From Klebsiella pneumoniae (lineage in GTDB: Bacteria > Pseudomonadota > Gammaproteobacteria > Eutrophobiales > Eutrophobiaceae): a stretch of DNA of 64,000 bases. The stretch is taken from assembly GCA_945878555.1 (NCBI GenBank), contig CAMDWI010000003.1, positions 148,287-212,286 on the forward strand. Reading direction: 5' to 3'. The position numbers were made by a program, and so were the translations under genes. A model generated the notes under the pieces. That model saw only the letters and a list, made by a program, of their open reading frames with translations. It was not told the DNA's origin and did no database searches. Below, piece by piece: positions 50,681-60,998 of the stretch (position 1 is the stretch's first letter; each line of letters begins with the position of its first letter).

Positions 50681-51349
50681 GTGTCTGTGAACAGAGTTAA
50701 ACCTTGCCACCGCGAATCTTTCGGAGTTGCAGCACGATTAGCAGGCTCTATTACGGCTGCCTTATGGATTGCATGCACGATGTGGGCTGGAACGGCCAAT
50801 GCGACGCTGATCGGCGATACCGTAACAGTAGGTCACGAAGGACCGATGATGGGTGCGACGCTGCCAGCTTCCTACCCCGTAGTAGCGGGCACTTCAGATA
50901 TCTATACTTTTTATTGGTCCTATCCCTATGCATACCAGGTAAATGTTGAAGCGGACAGTATCTATGTCACCTTTGATTACCTCCCCGGATCGGGAACGTG
51001 GGCGGCAGACACGATAGAGTGCACGGAAGTCTGGCCATTTGAGTGTGGTCCGGTACCCTTGAGTTTTAACGGTCTGGTCGTCTCTGGACTGAATGACAGC
51101 AGCGGTAATGTGCTGCAAAACGTTGTGGTCAGTAGCAATATGGTCGGATGGGATTCGTCCAGACTTGCTTTCGGCAATGATTATGTAATGTTCGACTGGA
51201 AGGGTCTGTCTTTCGACCCAAGCATATATCTGACCGCGACCCTGGACTTTGGTTCGGCTTCTGTACCGGAACCCGGCTCCCTGGGGTTGATGCTTGCAGG
51301 CATTTCGATGCTGGGATTTGTGCCTCGCCGCAGGAAGCTGAACGCATAG
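50681..51349 (+). CDS. PEP-CTERM sorting-domain protein (exosortase substrate)
   Basis: The C-terminus VPEPGSLGLMLAGISMLGFVPRRRK contains the PEP motif, a TM helix and a basic tail. Confidence 0.7.
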   Translation: MSVNRVKPCHRESFGVAARLAGSITAALWIACTMWAGTANATLIGDTVTVGHEGPMMGATLPASYPVVAGTSDIYTFYWSYPYAYQVNVEADSIYVTFDYLPGSGTWAADTIECTEVWPFECGPVPLSFNGLVVSGLNDSSGNVLQNVVVSSNMVGWDSSRLAFGNDYVMFDWKGLSFDPSIYLTATLDFGSASVPEPGSLGLMLAGISMLGFVPRRRKLNA

Positions 51350-51440
51350 TCGAGCACGGTACGCGTTACTGTCCGGGAATTATAAACGCCCCAGGTTCAA
51401 GCTAACGGTTAACGTCCGCTAAAAAATTCATGTCTCAATA

Positions 51441-51468
51441 AAACTGCTGAGCGAATCAGCAGTTTTAT
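51441..51468 (+). terminator. Rho-independent terminator after the PEP-CTERM gene
   Basis: AAAACTGCTGA, loop gcgaa, TCAGCAG, TTTTAT. Confidence 0.6.
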
Positions 51469-51483
51469 CTTTATCATGAGAGC

Positions 51484-52698
51484 ATGACAAAGACTGTAGC
51501 AATCATCGGCGGCGGACCCGCAGGCCTAATGGCGGCCGAAGTCATCAGTGCACAAGGCATACACGTAGACGTATACGACGCCATGCCGTCTGTCGGTCGT
51601 AAATTCCTGATGGCGGGCAAGAGCGGGCTGAACCTCACCCACGCCGAACCGTTCGACATTTTCGTCACACGTTATGGCAAGCGTCGTGCACAAATCGAAC
51701 CGTTGTTACAGACATTCGGTGCTGAACAACTACTGGCCTGGGTACATGGCCTGGGTGTGCAAACCTTTGTCGGAACCTCTAACCGCGTCTTCCCTGTGGA
51801 GATGAAGGCGAGCCCGCTGCTGCGGGCATGGATGCAACGATTAAACGCCGCAGGTGTAACCTTGCACTTGCGGCACAAACTGACAGCGATACACCCTGAC
51901 AGGTCCCTGCACTTCCACACACCTGATGGTGATCGCACGGTGCGTGCAGATGCTGATGTGCTTGCACTCGGTGGTGGCACCTGGTCCAGACTCGGCTCGG
52001 ACGGCGCCTGGGTCGAATGGTTGCAGCAGGTCGGGGTCCAGATCGATCCGTTGCGTCCGGCCAATTGCGGGTTCGAGGTCAACTGGAGTCCGGTCTTTAT
52101 AGAAAAGTATGAAGGGCATCCCGTCAAGTCTGTGATTCTCTCGGCCGGTGAATTTTGTCAGCAGGGCGAATTTATCATCACCAAAGAAGGCGTGGAGGGG
52201 AGTCTCGTTTATGCGGCCTCTGCCATCCTGCGAGACGAGATTGCAGCCCACGGCAGCACCGTGATGCATCTCGATCTTGCCCCCGATAAAACCGAAGATC
52301 AGCTAAGAGAAAAATTATCAAGGCCGCGCGGCTCGCGTTCGATGTCGAATCATCTGGAAAAGACCGTGGGTATCAAGGGCGTCAAGGCAGGGCTGTTACG
52401 CGAGTTTGTCCCCAAAGCGGAATTTACAGAATCACTGCTGGCTTCCTATATCAAAAATACACCGGTGACGTTGACCGCAACCCGCCCACTGGACAAGGCA
52501 ATCAGCTCTGCTGGCGGCGTCTCCTTCGATTCACTGGATGAGCATCTGATGTTAAAGAACCTGCCTGGCGTTTTCTGCGCTGGCGAAATGCTTGATTGGG
52601 AAGCGCCTACCGGCGGTTATTTACTCACGGCCTGTTTCTCAAGTGGGCATGCAGTCGGAAGAGGCGTTGTGCAATGGCTTGACAGTATTAATCGATAG
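51484..52698 (+). CDS. NAD(P)/FAD-dependent oxidoreductase, HI0933/BaiN family
   Basis: N-terminal Rossmann motif VAIIGGGPAGLMAA and a length of about 400 aa. Confidence 0.8.
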   Translation: MTKTVAIIGGGPAGLMAAEVISAQGIHVDVYDAMPSVGRKFLMAGKSGLNLTHAEPFDIFVTRYGKRRAQIEPLLQTFGAEQLLAWVHGLGVQTFVGTSNRVFPVEMKASPLLRAWMQRLNAAGVTLHLRHKLTAIHPDRSLHFHTPDGDRTVRADADVLALGGGTWSRLGSDGAWVEWLQQVGVQIDPLRPANCGFEVNWSPVFIEKYEGHPVKSVILSAGEFCQQGEFIITKEGVEGSLVYAASAILRDEIAAHGSTVMHLDLAPDKTEDQLREKLSRPRGSRSMSNHLEKTVGIKGVKAGLLREFVPKAEFTESLLASYIKNTPVTLTATRPLDKAISSAGGVSFDSLDEHLMLKNLPGVFCAGEMLDWEAPTGGYLLTACFSSGHAVGRGVVQWLDSINR

Positions 52699-52730
52699 CA
52701 CTATCGTAATACGATATTACTATCGATGGA

Positions 52731-52946
52731 GTGTGTCCCATGACCACCGTAACCGTTTCGCCAAAATTCCAGGTCGTTATCCCTAAAGAGATACGTGAGT
52801 CAATGGGGTTGGTTTCCGGTCAAAAAATCCAGATCATAACTTACCAGAATCGAATCGAACTCATCCCGATAAAGCCCATGAAGAAAATGAGAGGTTTTCT
52901 AAAGGGTATCAAGACTGACGTTGTCAGAGACAATGACAGGGCATGA
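52731..52946 (+). CDS. vapB: AbrB/MazE/SpoVT-fold antitoxin (VapB-like)
   Basis: 71 aa. It overlaps the downstream PIN gene by 4 nt (ATGA). Confidence 0.75.
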   Translation: MCPMTTVTVSPKFQVVIPKEIRESMGLVSGQKIQIITYQNRIELIPIKPMKKMRGFLKGIKTDVVRDNDRA

Positions 52947-53314
52947 ATGTTATCGACTCTTCAGCTTGGTTGTCGTATTTTGCGGGGGACAAAAACTCTG
53001 ACTATTTTGCAAAACCGATTGAAAAAATAGACGAACTTCTGGTTCCCAGTATTACCATCACTGAAGTATTTAAAAATATTCTGCGCCAGAGAGGGGAAGA
53101 ATCAGCTCTTCTGGCGGTAGCACATATGGAACAGGGTAAGGTAGTGTCTCTTGACAGAGAGCTGTCTGTAAATGCTGCCTATTTTGGTATTGAACATGGC
53201 CTGCCTTTGGCAGACAGCATTGTTTATGCCACAGCGCAGAAATTCAACGCGATCTTGTGGACTCAGGATTCTGATTTCAAAGGTTTGAAGGATGTTAAAT
53301 TCTACCCGAAATAA
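52943..53314 (+). CDS. vapC: PIN-domain toxin VapC
   Basis: 123 aa with an N-terminal acidic Asp (VIDSS) and a C-terminal QDSDF motif. Confidence 0.8.
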   Translation: MNVIDSSAWLSYFAGDKNSDYFAKPIEKIDELLVPSITITEVFKNILRQRGEESALLAVAHMEQGKVVSLDRELSVNAAYFGIEHGLPLADSIVYATAQKFNAILWTQDSDFKGLKDVKFYPK

Positions 53315-53316
53315 AA

Positions 53317-53392
53317 TGGTGGCCAGGGACGGAATTGAACCGCCGACACGGGGATTTTCAGTCCCCTGCTCTACCAACTGAGCTACCTGGCC
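53317..53392 (-). tRNA. tRNA-Phe (anticodon GAA)
   Basis: The reverse complement folds as a 76-nt cloverleaf GGCCAGGTAGCTCAGTTGGTAGAGC..CTGAAAA..GGTTCAATTCCGTCCCTGGCCACCA. Confidence 0.9.
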
Positions 53393-53485
53393 CTGGTGTA
53401 CTACTTGTCCGGATCTGGGATGACCCGGGGGTTTGCAAAACGAAGCGCGTATTAAACAGAGCAAAACCCGGTTCGTCAAGCCAGC

Positions 53486-53758
53486 TTACTTGTCCGGGGC
53501 GATAAATTCCTTCGGTTTTTCCGATCCGTCGCCAAAAAAGTACTTTTCCATCTCGGTTTCGAGAAATTGACGGGCTTTTGGCTCGATCGGGGTCAGGCGG
53601 TACTCGTTTATCAACATAGTCTGGTGTCCCAGCCACATCTTCCATGCCTCCTTCGAGACATTCAGATAGATACGTTTGCCGAGTTCGCCCGGATACGGTG
53701 GTGCATGCAGGCCTTCGGCCTCACGTCCCAGCTTTACGCAATTGACCATGTATGTCAT
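53486..53758 (-). CDS. yggX: Fe(2+)-trafficking protein YggX
   Basis: 90 aa containing [17 protein letters not shown] and the other typical YggX motifs. Confidence 0.85.
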   Translation of the reverse strand: MTYMVNCVKLGREAEGLHAPPYPGELGKRIYLNVSKEAWKMWLGHQTMLINEYRLTPIEPKARQFLETEMEKYFFGDGSEKPKEFIAPDK

Positions 53759-54816
53759 TCATCTGCTCCGGCAGTGTGTACGAATAATGTGGACAGCAGC
53801 TTTGAGATCGGGGCGGCCATGCCGAGTCTGGTCTGGCCGTCGGGCCGATACCAGCAGGTGTCCTCGTCCCTGACCGCGACGTCATTTGCACGTAATTTTG
53901 CCCGGTAAGGCTGGATATCGAGGTGAAAATGACTGAATGTATGTCGCAGTGGTTGCAGCTTTGTCAGTGCGGTTACTTTACTACCGAATCGTCTATTTAG
54001 CCATTCCGGAAGTGATTCGTCTGGCGGGCATTCCGGCAGGCTCCACAGGCCACCCCAGATGCCCGCAGGCGGTCTTCTCTGTAACAGGACCTCGCCACGT
54101 TTATTCTCGATGATCGCCAGCACGGTCTGTCTGACCGGCAGCTGTTTTGATTTTTTGCGGGTCGGCAGTTCCGATTGTTGCTCATGGATACGCGCATAAC
54201 AATGGGTTGCCAATGGACAACGCTCACACAAGGGCTTGCTGCGGGTACAAACCGTTGCGCCGAGATCCATAATCGCCTGGGTGTAGTCGGCAATATGGCG
54301 CCTTGGGGTTTCCTGTGCCGCGATGTCCCACAGTCTGTCTTCAACAGATTTGTCGCCGGGCCAGCCTTCTACGCCGTGATAACGGGTCAGCACCCGTTTG
54401 ACATTACCATCGAGTATCGGGTGGACCTGTTGCAGACCGAGCGCGAGCACGGCCCCGGCGGTCGAGCGTCCGATACCCGGCAAGCTCATCAGCTTGTCGA
54501 TCTCATCCGGAAAGACACCACCAAAGTCTGACATAACCAGACAGGCGGCCTTGTGCAGGTTCCGACCGCGCGCGTAGTAACCGAGACCGGACCACAGATG
54601 CAAGACCTCATCGACCGGCGCGGCAGCCAGCGTCGCGATATCGGGGAAGCGCTGCATGAAGCGTTTATAATAGGGGATGACCGTCTTGACCTGCGTCTGC
54701 TGCAACATGATCTCGGACACCCACACGCGATACGGTTCCTTGTCCTGTTGCCAGGGCAGGTCATGACGTCCGGAATGACGAAACCATTTCAGTAAATCAG
54801 GGGCGAGGCGTTTCAA
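53755..54816 (-). CDS. mutY: A/G-specific adenine DNA glycosylase MutY
   Basis: HhH-GPD domain, the 4Fe-4S cluster cysteines CxxxxxxCxxCxxxxxC and a C-terminal NUDIX-like domain. It is coupled to yggX. Confidence 0.9.
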   Translation of the reverse strand: MKRLAPDLLKWFRHSGRHDLPWQQDKEPYRVWVSEIMLQQTQVKTVIPYYKRFMQRFPDIATLAAAPVDEVLHLWSGLGYYARGRNLHKAACLVMSDFGGVFPDEIDKLMSLPGIGRSTAGAVLALGLQQVHPILDGNVKRVLTRYHGVEGWPGDKSVEDRLWDIAAQETPRRHIADYTQAIMDLGATVCTRSKPLCERCPLATHCYARIHEQQSELPTRKKSKQLPVRQTVLAIIENKRGEVLLQRRPPAGIWGGLWSLPECPPDESLPEWLNRRFGSKVTALTKLQPLRHTFSHFHLDIQPYRAKLRANDVAVRDEDTCWYRPDGQTRLGMAAPISKLLSTLFVHTAGADE

Positions 54817-55375
54817 GGGCGGCTATATCTTCTATGTTTTGTATCGACTGTCTGGCCGCGTCCAGCATCATCCGCTTGATGAATAACGGTCCGATCAATG
54901 GTGGTATCCAGAAGGCCGGTTTGAATCGGGTGTTAAAAGAAACCAGCGTATGAGTAGCGTCAACACTTGAAACCTGCCAGATGGCCTCGCCGTAGACAAA
55001 GTCACTTTCTTCGGGGATGAATACCGATTTGATAATCCCGCTTTCCTGTTCCCACAGATCCTCAATCAGGATCGCATCAAAGCAGAACCCCAGTACGCAG
55101 GATTTTGTGACCATGCGTCTGCGCACCACGGTGTTGCCGTTCGCATCCGTATAATTTATCAGGCCTGCCTCGATGATCAAATCACTCACCCGCGACAGTT
55201 GTTTGTAGTCAGTCGCGATCGCGTAGACCTTATCACTGGCGCCATTGATCTTGACCGCGATGTCGACACTGTAGTCTCCGTCACGATATGTCACGTTCGC
55301 ATGCTGCACCTCTCCCGCCTGCGCAGTAAGGGACGCCAGTAGCAGCAGTCCGGTAGTGAGCAGACGGGACATCAA
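54797..55375 (-). CDS. Secreted hypothetical protein (SRPBCC-like)
   Basis: A signal peptide and 192 aa. It lies between asmA and mutY. Confidence 0.45.
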   Translation of the reverse strand: MMSRLLTTGLLLLASLTAQAGEVQHANVTYRDGDYSVDIAVKINGASDKVYAIATDYKQLSRVSDLIIEAGLINYTDANGNTVVRRRMVTKSCVLGFCFDAILIEDLWEQESGIIKSVFIPEESDFVYGEAIWQVSSVDATHTLVSFNTRFKPAFWIPPLIGPLFIKRMMLDAARQSIQNIEDIAALETPRP

Positions 55376-55381
55376 TCAGGC

Positions 55382-58300
55382 CTAGCGCTTGAAGATACTC
55401 TCCAGCGCCTTGTTCAGTAACAGCTCCCTTGGGTCAGCGGGCGGTGCTTCCTGCGGCTGTTCCTGTGGTTGTTCTGCAGGGGCAGCGGCAGGATCCAGTG
55501 AGGGCGCCTGTGAGGAGTCTGTCGTTGGCTCGGCAGGCGCAGGTTCGCTTGCCGGTTGTTGCTGCTGTTGTGCAGGCAGACCTATCGCCCGTTGCAGTAC
55601 ATCACCGAGCTTTTTCTCCACGGCCTTCTGTACAGCAAATTTAATAATCTCACCGGCATCGGGCACACATTTCGGGCTGTTAATCAGGCCATTGCAGCGG
55701 ATGGGTACAGTGTAACCACCGATATTGTATCGTTCCGTGCCCTGGGTGACGCTGCTGGCATCGGCCGAGGCGATCAGCGTGTAGTCGAGTGTATCGTTGA
55801 CGAGGTTGATTACCGTGCCTTTACCTGCGACCTGCAGTCCCGGTGCCTTGATCATCAGGTCATTACTGGCCACCACACCATTGTTAATATCCAGCGTGCT
55901 GGTGAACGTATCAAAGGGAGTCTCCACACCACGGTCAATATCCATCGGGCGTTTGCTTTCGATCATGATCTCGACCTGTTCAAGCACCTTGGCCACATCG
56001 ACGCCGCGCAAAATGCCTTCTTCCAGCGCGATCTTGCCATTACCGCTGAGTGTACGTTTCAGCGCTGTGGTGTCGGCACCGGTGGCGGTGACTGACATTT
56101 CAATATTGCCGGTACCGCTGACATTGGCAGCGCCGGTAAAATCGGTCATCAACGGTTCGATCTTCACGCCTTGCAGGGTAGACTTGAAGCTGACGACGGG
56201 CAGTGCTGCGGTAGCATCAAGCCCGATATCTCCTGAATAGGTGCCCTCGTACAGGTTTGCTGCAACTGGTGCCAGATTGATCCGGCCGTCCTTTGCGTTC
56301 AGCGACAGGACGATGTCAGACATCTTTGCCTTCGAGATCACCAGCTGGCCAATCTTCAGGTCACCTTTCGCATTCAGCCCGCGCAGCGTTTCTATCGGTA
56401 ACTGTGCGGCAGCCCCGGCGGCGGTCTCCGGCGTGACCGGACGGTTTTGGCCATCAGGCGGGGGTGGAGGCAGATAGCGGTCGGCATTGATCTGATCGAT
56501 ATTGATCCCGAACTGTATGGCGGGATTTTCAAAGTCGGTCACGGAAAGGGTGCCGTTCAGGTTGGTGTCGTCCAGCACGAGTGCAAGCTTGCTGACGTTT
56601 ATCCGGTTGGCCGCGCCATCAAAGGTGGTCGCGAGCGATACCTTTTCGTAGACCTTCGCATCGGCAGTCACCGGCATCTCCTGGTTCAGTTGCTGCATGA
56701 ACTTGCGCAGGCTGAACTCGGTGATATTGACGTCACCATTAAACTCGGGAGACTGCAGGATATTGCTCGCATTGACCTTGCCGCTCATGTCGAGGCCAAG
56801 ACCGGACAGTTTGAAGTTTTCCAGTGCCAGTGTTTCCTTGTCCAGATTTACACGGGTATCTGCATTCAGGCCGAGATTGACCGGGGAGTTCGGGATCTTG
56901 TCGCCGGCCAGTACCACGTTCAGGTCCAGCGGGTTGACCTTCAGGTCAGCACGATTACCACTGACAGCGGCCTTCAGGTTGATCGATTGGGTGACCTCAC
57001 CAAGGTCGGCCTGATCCAGGGCTGCTAACAGTGCCTTCGGATTGTCTGCGGCGAGATCCAGCTGTCCATTGATGGACCCGCCGGACTTTTGCATGTCTGT
57101 GGCCGTCAGTGTGCCACCAAGCTTGACGCCAAGTGCATCAACTGTCAGCACCGGTACCTTGACGTTGCCGGTGCTCATGTCGGCATCAAAATTCGCATTC
57201 ATTACGAACGCCTTGTTCGGGACGCGTGCCAGCTTCGTTCCGTACTGCGTCAGTGCAGAGTCTGCCCCGCCCTGCACCTGTCCCAGTACCTGCATCAAGG
57301 TCGGCAGGTCCGGACCGGACGCATTCAGCGTACCGCGAACGGCCGGGGTGTCTGACTGGATATTGCTGGCCTTGATGTCGCCTGTGATACTGGCGCCGAG
57401 CAGATTGGCCTGCAGACCGGACACGTCCACATCGCCACGTTGCATGTCCGCATTAACGGCAGCGGAAAAATCGAATGAGCGATTGTTCAGCCGGGCGATC
57501 TGGCTGGCCAGCGGTTCGATCTCGGCGACTTTAAAGAGCAGGGCGAGGTCATTGCCGGCCAGTTTCAGGTTGGTATGGTAAGACGGTGTGGCGGACTGGA
57601 TATTGCTCGCATTGATAGTCCCGGTCAGATTGGTGCCGAGCGCGTCAAACTGCAGGTCGCTGATCGCGAGTGTCTCGTCAGCCATATTGATATTAATGGC
57701 AGTTTTCAGATTGATGTCAGCGCTACGATTAGGGATATTGGGTCCGGTCAGCGTGGTCACCAGCTCCAGTGGAGTGATCGCAAAGGTCTCGTTATCGAGG
57801 TCATAGACAACGGTACCGGCCAGTTTGACATCAGCCCCCAGCTCCGGTTTGTTTGCCTTTGCGTTCAGCGTCAGGTTGAACTGGATCGGCTCGCCGTATA
57901 CCAGCTCTCCGGTGCTCATCGCCATGTTGTTGATGTTGAAGAGTGTCCCGGTCGATTTGTCGTCGAAGGACAGGTTCGCATTCTGGATATCCACGCCACC
58001 GAGTATAACGGCAGCCAGCGGCAGGCCGGCGGAATTCCCGGTGTTGGCGGGCGCATCGCCTTTGGCCAGATCGGCCCAGTTGCTCACTCCATTCGCATTT
58101 TTGGCCAGATTTATCGTGGTACCGTGCAGTCGTACCGTATCGATCTCATACTGGTCGCGTAACAACGGCATCAACTTGACCCGCACCATCGCAAGGTCGG
58201 TGCGGAAAAATGGCTCCTCACCGAAGCCCGCTGCGTTCCCAATCGTGACATTGTTCAGCTCAAGTCCCAGCCACGGGTAATAGGTCAGCCGGATGTCACC

Positions 58301-58456
58301 GTCCAGTGTCAGTGTACGACCGGTCTCTGCCGTGAACTTGTCTGCAATCATGCCCTTGTAGGCATTCGGGTCCAGTGTGGAAATATAAATGACTATGGCA
58401 ACAAGGCTGATCAGAATCAGCCCGAATAATGCACCGACAATTTTTATTGCTTTCAT
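55382..58456 (-). CDS. asmA: AsmA-family outer-membrane biogenesis protein
   Basis: An N-terminal TM anchor and 1024 aa of repetitive beta-rich sequence. The C-terminal tail is rich in Pro, Gln, Ala and Glu. Confidence 0.8.
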   Translation of the reverse strand: MKAIKIVGALFGLILISLVAIVIYISTLDPNAYKGMIADKFTAETGRTLTLDGDIRLTYYPWLGLELNNVTIGNAAGFGEEPFFRTDLAMVRVKLMPLLRDQYEIDTVRLHGTTINLAKNANGVSNWADLAKGDAPANTGNSAGLPLAAVILGGVDIQNANLSFDDKSTGTLFNINNMAMSTGELVYGEPIQFNLTLNAKANKPELGADVKLAGTVVYDLDNETFAITPLELVTTLTGPNIPNRSADINLKTAININMADETLAISDLQFDALGTNLTGTINASNIQSATPSYHTNLKLAGNDLALLFKVAEIEPLASQIARLNNRSFDFSAAVNADMQRGDVDVSGLQANLLGASITGDIKASNIQSDTPAVRGTLNASGPDLPTLMQVLGQVQGGADSALTQYGTKLARVPNKAFVMNANFDADMSTGNVKVPVLTVDALGVKLGGTLTATDMQKSGGSINGQLDLAADNPKALLAALDQADLGEVTQSINLKAAVSGNRADLKVNPLDLNVVLAGDKIPNSPVNLGLNADTRVNLDKETLALENFKLSGLGLDMSGKVNASNILQSPEFNGDVNITEFSLRKFMQQLNQEMPVTADAKVYEKVSLATTFDGAANRINVSKLALVLDDTNLNGTLSVTDFENPAIQFGINIDQINADRYLPPPPPDGQNRPVTPETAAGAAAQLPIETLRGLNAKGDLKIGQLVISKAKMSDIVLSLNAKDGRINLAPVAANLYEGTYSGDIGLDATAALPVVSFKSTLQGVKIEPLMTDFTGAANVSGTGNIEMSVTATGADTTALKRTLSGNGKIALEEGILRGVDVAKVLEQVEIMIESKRPMDIDRGVETPFDTFTSTLDINNGVVASNDLMIKAPGLQVAGKGTVINLVNDTLDYTLIASADASSVTQGTERYNIGGYTVPIRCNGLINSPKCVPDAGEIIKFAVQKAVEKKLGDVLQRAIGLPAQQQQQPASEPAPAEPTTDSSQAPSLDPAAAPAEQPQEQPQEAPPADPRELLLNKALESIFKR

Positions 58457-58458
58457 GA

Positions 58459-59874
58459 TTATTCCGCCTGTGTTGGTTTGGCTATCTCCAGATAATTATG
58501 TGCCTCCCGGACGGCCGTCTTGACCTGGCCGGGGGCGGTACCACCGATATGATCTCTGGCATTTACAGAGCCGATTGGTTCAAGAACAGTATAGATGTCT
58601 TCCTTTAGATTAGGGCAAAACCGGCCAAGTTCCTGCAGTGTCAACGCCGATAACTCCTTGCCTGCTGCAATTGCATAACTGACCGTCTGGCCGACGGCCT
58701 CGTGTGCATCGCGGAACGGCAGGCCGGTCTTGACCAGATAATCGGCAAGGTCTGTAGCCGTGGCGTAACCCTGGCGGGCGGCTTTCAGCATATTTTCGCG
58801 TTTGACGGTAATGGCCGGTATCAGGCCAGCATACACGGACAGGCAGGCCTCTACCGTGTCTATCGCATCAAACAGCGCAAGTTTGTCTTCCTGGTTGTCG
58901 CGGTTATAGGCCAGTGGCTGGCCTTTCATCAGCGTCAACAACGCAATCAGATCACCATAAACGCGTCCGGTCTTGCCGCGCACCAGCTCCGGGATGTCCG
59001 GGTTTTTCTTCTGCGGCATGATCGACGAGCCGGTGCAATAGGCATCATCCAGATCGATAAACCCGAACATCGGGTTCATCCACAGCACCAGTTCCTCGGA
59101 AAATCGCGACAGGTGCATCATGATGATGGAGGCTGTTGACGCAAACTCGATGGTAAAGTCGCGATCGCTGACCGCATCAAGTGAGTTTGCCGAAACGGTG
59201 TCAAATCCGAGCAGTTCGGCAGTGCAATAACGGTCTATCGGGAAATCGGTACCGGCCAGTGCGGCCGAACCGAGCGGCATCACATTGATACGTTTGCGGC
59301 AGTCGAGCAGGCGCTGGTCATCACGCTTCAGCATTTCAAACCAGGCCATCATGTGATGACCGAAGGTGACCGGCTGGGCGATCTGCATATGCGTCATGCC
59401 GGGCATAATCGTAGCGGTCTCGCGTTCGGCAAGTCCAATCAGTGCCTGCATGACGGTGTGCAGCAGCATACGAATGGTGTCGACCTGATCGCGCAGGTAC
59501 AGCCGCAGATCAGTGGCCACCTGGTCATTCCGTGAACGCCCGGTGTGCAGGCGCTTGCCCGGTTCGCCGATAGCCTCGACCAGCGCGGCCTCGATGTTCA
59601 TGTGCACGTCTTCCAGTTCCATTTTCCACTGGAACTGGCCGGTTTCAATCTGTTCAAGAATAGTGTTCAGGCCATTGATGATCCTGTTGCCGTCCTCCCC
59701 ACTGATAATGCCTGTTTTCACCAGCATACGGGTGTGGGCGATCGACCCGGTGATATCATGCCGGTAAAGACGGTAGTCAAAGGAGACCGATTCGGTGAAT
59801 TTTTCCACAGAACTGTCGGTAGCCTGGTGAAATCGACCACCCCATGGCTTTACTGTTGTATGCTTTGATGTCAT
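58459..59874 (-). CDS. argH: Argininosuccinate lyase
   Basis: Fumarase/lyase signature [12 protein letters not shown] and a length of 471 aa. Confidence 0.92.
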   Translation of the reverse strand: MTSKHTTVKPWGGRFHQATDSSVEKFTESVSFDYRLYRHDITGSIAHTRMLVKTGIISGEDGNRIINGLNTILEQIETGQFQWKMELEDVHMNIEAALVEAIGEPGKRLHTGRSRNDQVATDLRLYLRDQVDTIRMLLHTVMQALIGLAERETATIMPGMTHMQIAQPVTFGHHMMAWFEMLKRDDQRLLDCRKRINVMPLGSAALAGTDFPIDRYCTAELLGFDTVSANSLDAVSDRDFTIEFASTASIIMMHLSRFSEELVLWMNPMFGFIDLDDAYCTGSSIMPQKKNPDIPELVRGKTGRVYGDLIALLTLMKGQPLAYNRDNQEDKLALFDAIDTVEACLSVYAGLIPAITVKRENMLKAARQGYATATDLADYLVKTGLPFRDAHEAVGQTVSYAIAAGKELSALTLQELGRFCPNLKEDIYTVLEPIGSVNARDHIGGTAPGQVKTAVREAHNYLEIAKPTQAE

Positions 59875-59951
59875 TTTGTAGTTAACCGTGCTGTTGTTGA
59901 TTTTAATAGTATAACTCTAACATTATCGCAGGCTATCAGGCATTTGTTCAG

Positions 59952-60998
59952 ATGAGACAGGAAAGACAGAATTCGGCCACCTTTCTGCCCGACTTTTGCA
60001 ACGCCAGGACAGTGTTCGTTGTTATCCTGCTCGCGGAGTTGCTGGCGATAGTGCTTACGCTGGCACAACCATCCTATGTGGACAACCGGCTTTACAATCT
60101 GGCGATGTATTCGCTGTTTATCGAATGGGTCGCGCTCAGTTGTACGGCGGTGCTGTGTGTGAGTCGTCGCTGGTTACAACAGTTTAGTGATCACGGGGCC
60201 GCTACCATCAGTTATGTCACAACCTTGCTCGTTACGCTGGTAATCACCGAGCTGGCGTGGTGGGTGTTCAACCGGGAAACAGGTTACAACTTTTTTCGTC
60301 AGGGCCACACTGCCTTTCTGTTACCGATTCTCGGGATCAGCGCGATCGTGTGGGCGATGGCATTGCGCTATTTCTATGTACAGCACCAGTGGCGTATCCG
60401 GGTTGCCTCTGAGTCGGAGGCGCGTTTCCAGGCGCTGCAATCGCGGATCAAACCGCACTTTCTGTTCAATTGCATGAATACCATCGCCAGCCTGATCCGC
60501 CGTAACCCGGCGCTGGCGGAAGAAGTAGTAGAGGACCTGTCCGATCTGTTTCGTGCCAGCCTGCAGGACTCACAGCGGCCAAGTACGCTGGGAGACGAGA
60601 TTGCGCTGTGCAAGCGTTACTTGAGGATCGAACAACAACGACTGGGTCCGCGTCTGAACGCCGTCTGGCAGCTAGCTGAGCTGCCGCTGGATACCGCCCT
60701 GCCAGCACTGAGTATCCAGCCATTGCTCGAAAATGCGATTTACCACGGTATCGAGCCGTTACCCGAAGGCGGTACGATCACGATACTCGGTAGCCTGAGC
60801 GATGAAGGGATCCGGATCATCATCGAAAATCCACTGTCGCAGGCAGCGAGTAAATCACCCGCGCGAACCGGTAACCGGATTGCCCAGGACAATGTCCGCC
60901 AGCGTCTGGGATCGTTTTTCAGCCAGGAGGATCTGTTACAGGTCAGCCAGGATGAGCACAGCTACCGTGTTTCTGTCACGATACCGTTACAGCGATGA
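59952..60998 (+). CDS. algZ: LytS/AlgZ(FimS)-type sensor histidine kinase
   Basis: An N-terminal multi-TM domain, and a His_kinase (PF06580-type) box HFLFNCMNTIASLI. It lies divergent from argH and upstream of a LytTR regulator. Confidence 0.8.
   Translation: MRQERQNSATFLPDFCNARTVFVVILLAELLAIVLTLAQPSYVDNRLYNLAMYSLFIEWVALSCTAVLCVSRRWLQQFSDHGAATISYVTTLLVTLVITELAWWVFNRETGYNFFRQGHTAFLLPILGISAIVWAMALRYFYVQHQWRIRVASESEARFQALQSRIKPHFLFNCMNTIASLIRRNPALAEEVVEDLSDLFRASLQDSQRPSTLGDEIALCKRYLRIEQQRLGPRLNAVWQLAELPLDTALPALSIQPLLENAIYHGIEPLPEGGTITILGSLSDEGIRIIIENPLSQAASKSPARTGNRIAQDNVRQRLGSFFSQEDLLQVSQDEHSYRVSVTIPLQR

Noticed and set aside
53102-53479. 125-aa minus-strand ORF spanning tRNA-Phe and vapC
   Set aside because: It overlaps a perfect tRNA cloverleaf and the vapC coding sequence.
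55389-58280. Several long plus-strand ORFs (108-195 aa) antisense to asmA
   Set aside because: They are low-complexity, Ala/Gly/Ser-rich mirror frames of a GC-rich coding region, with no motifs and no start context.
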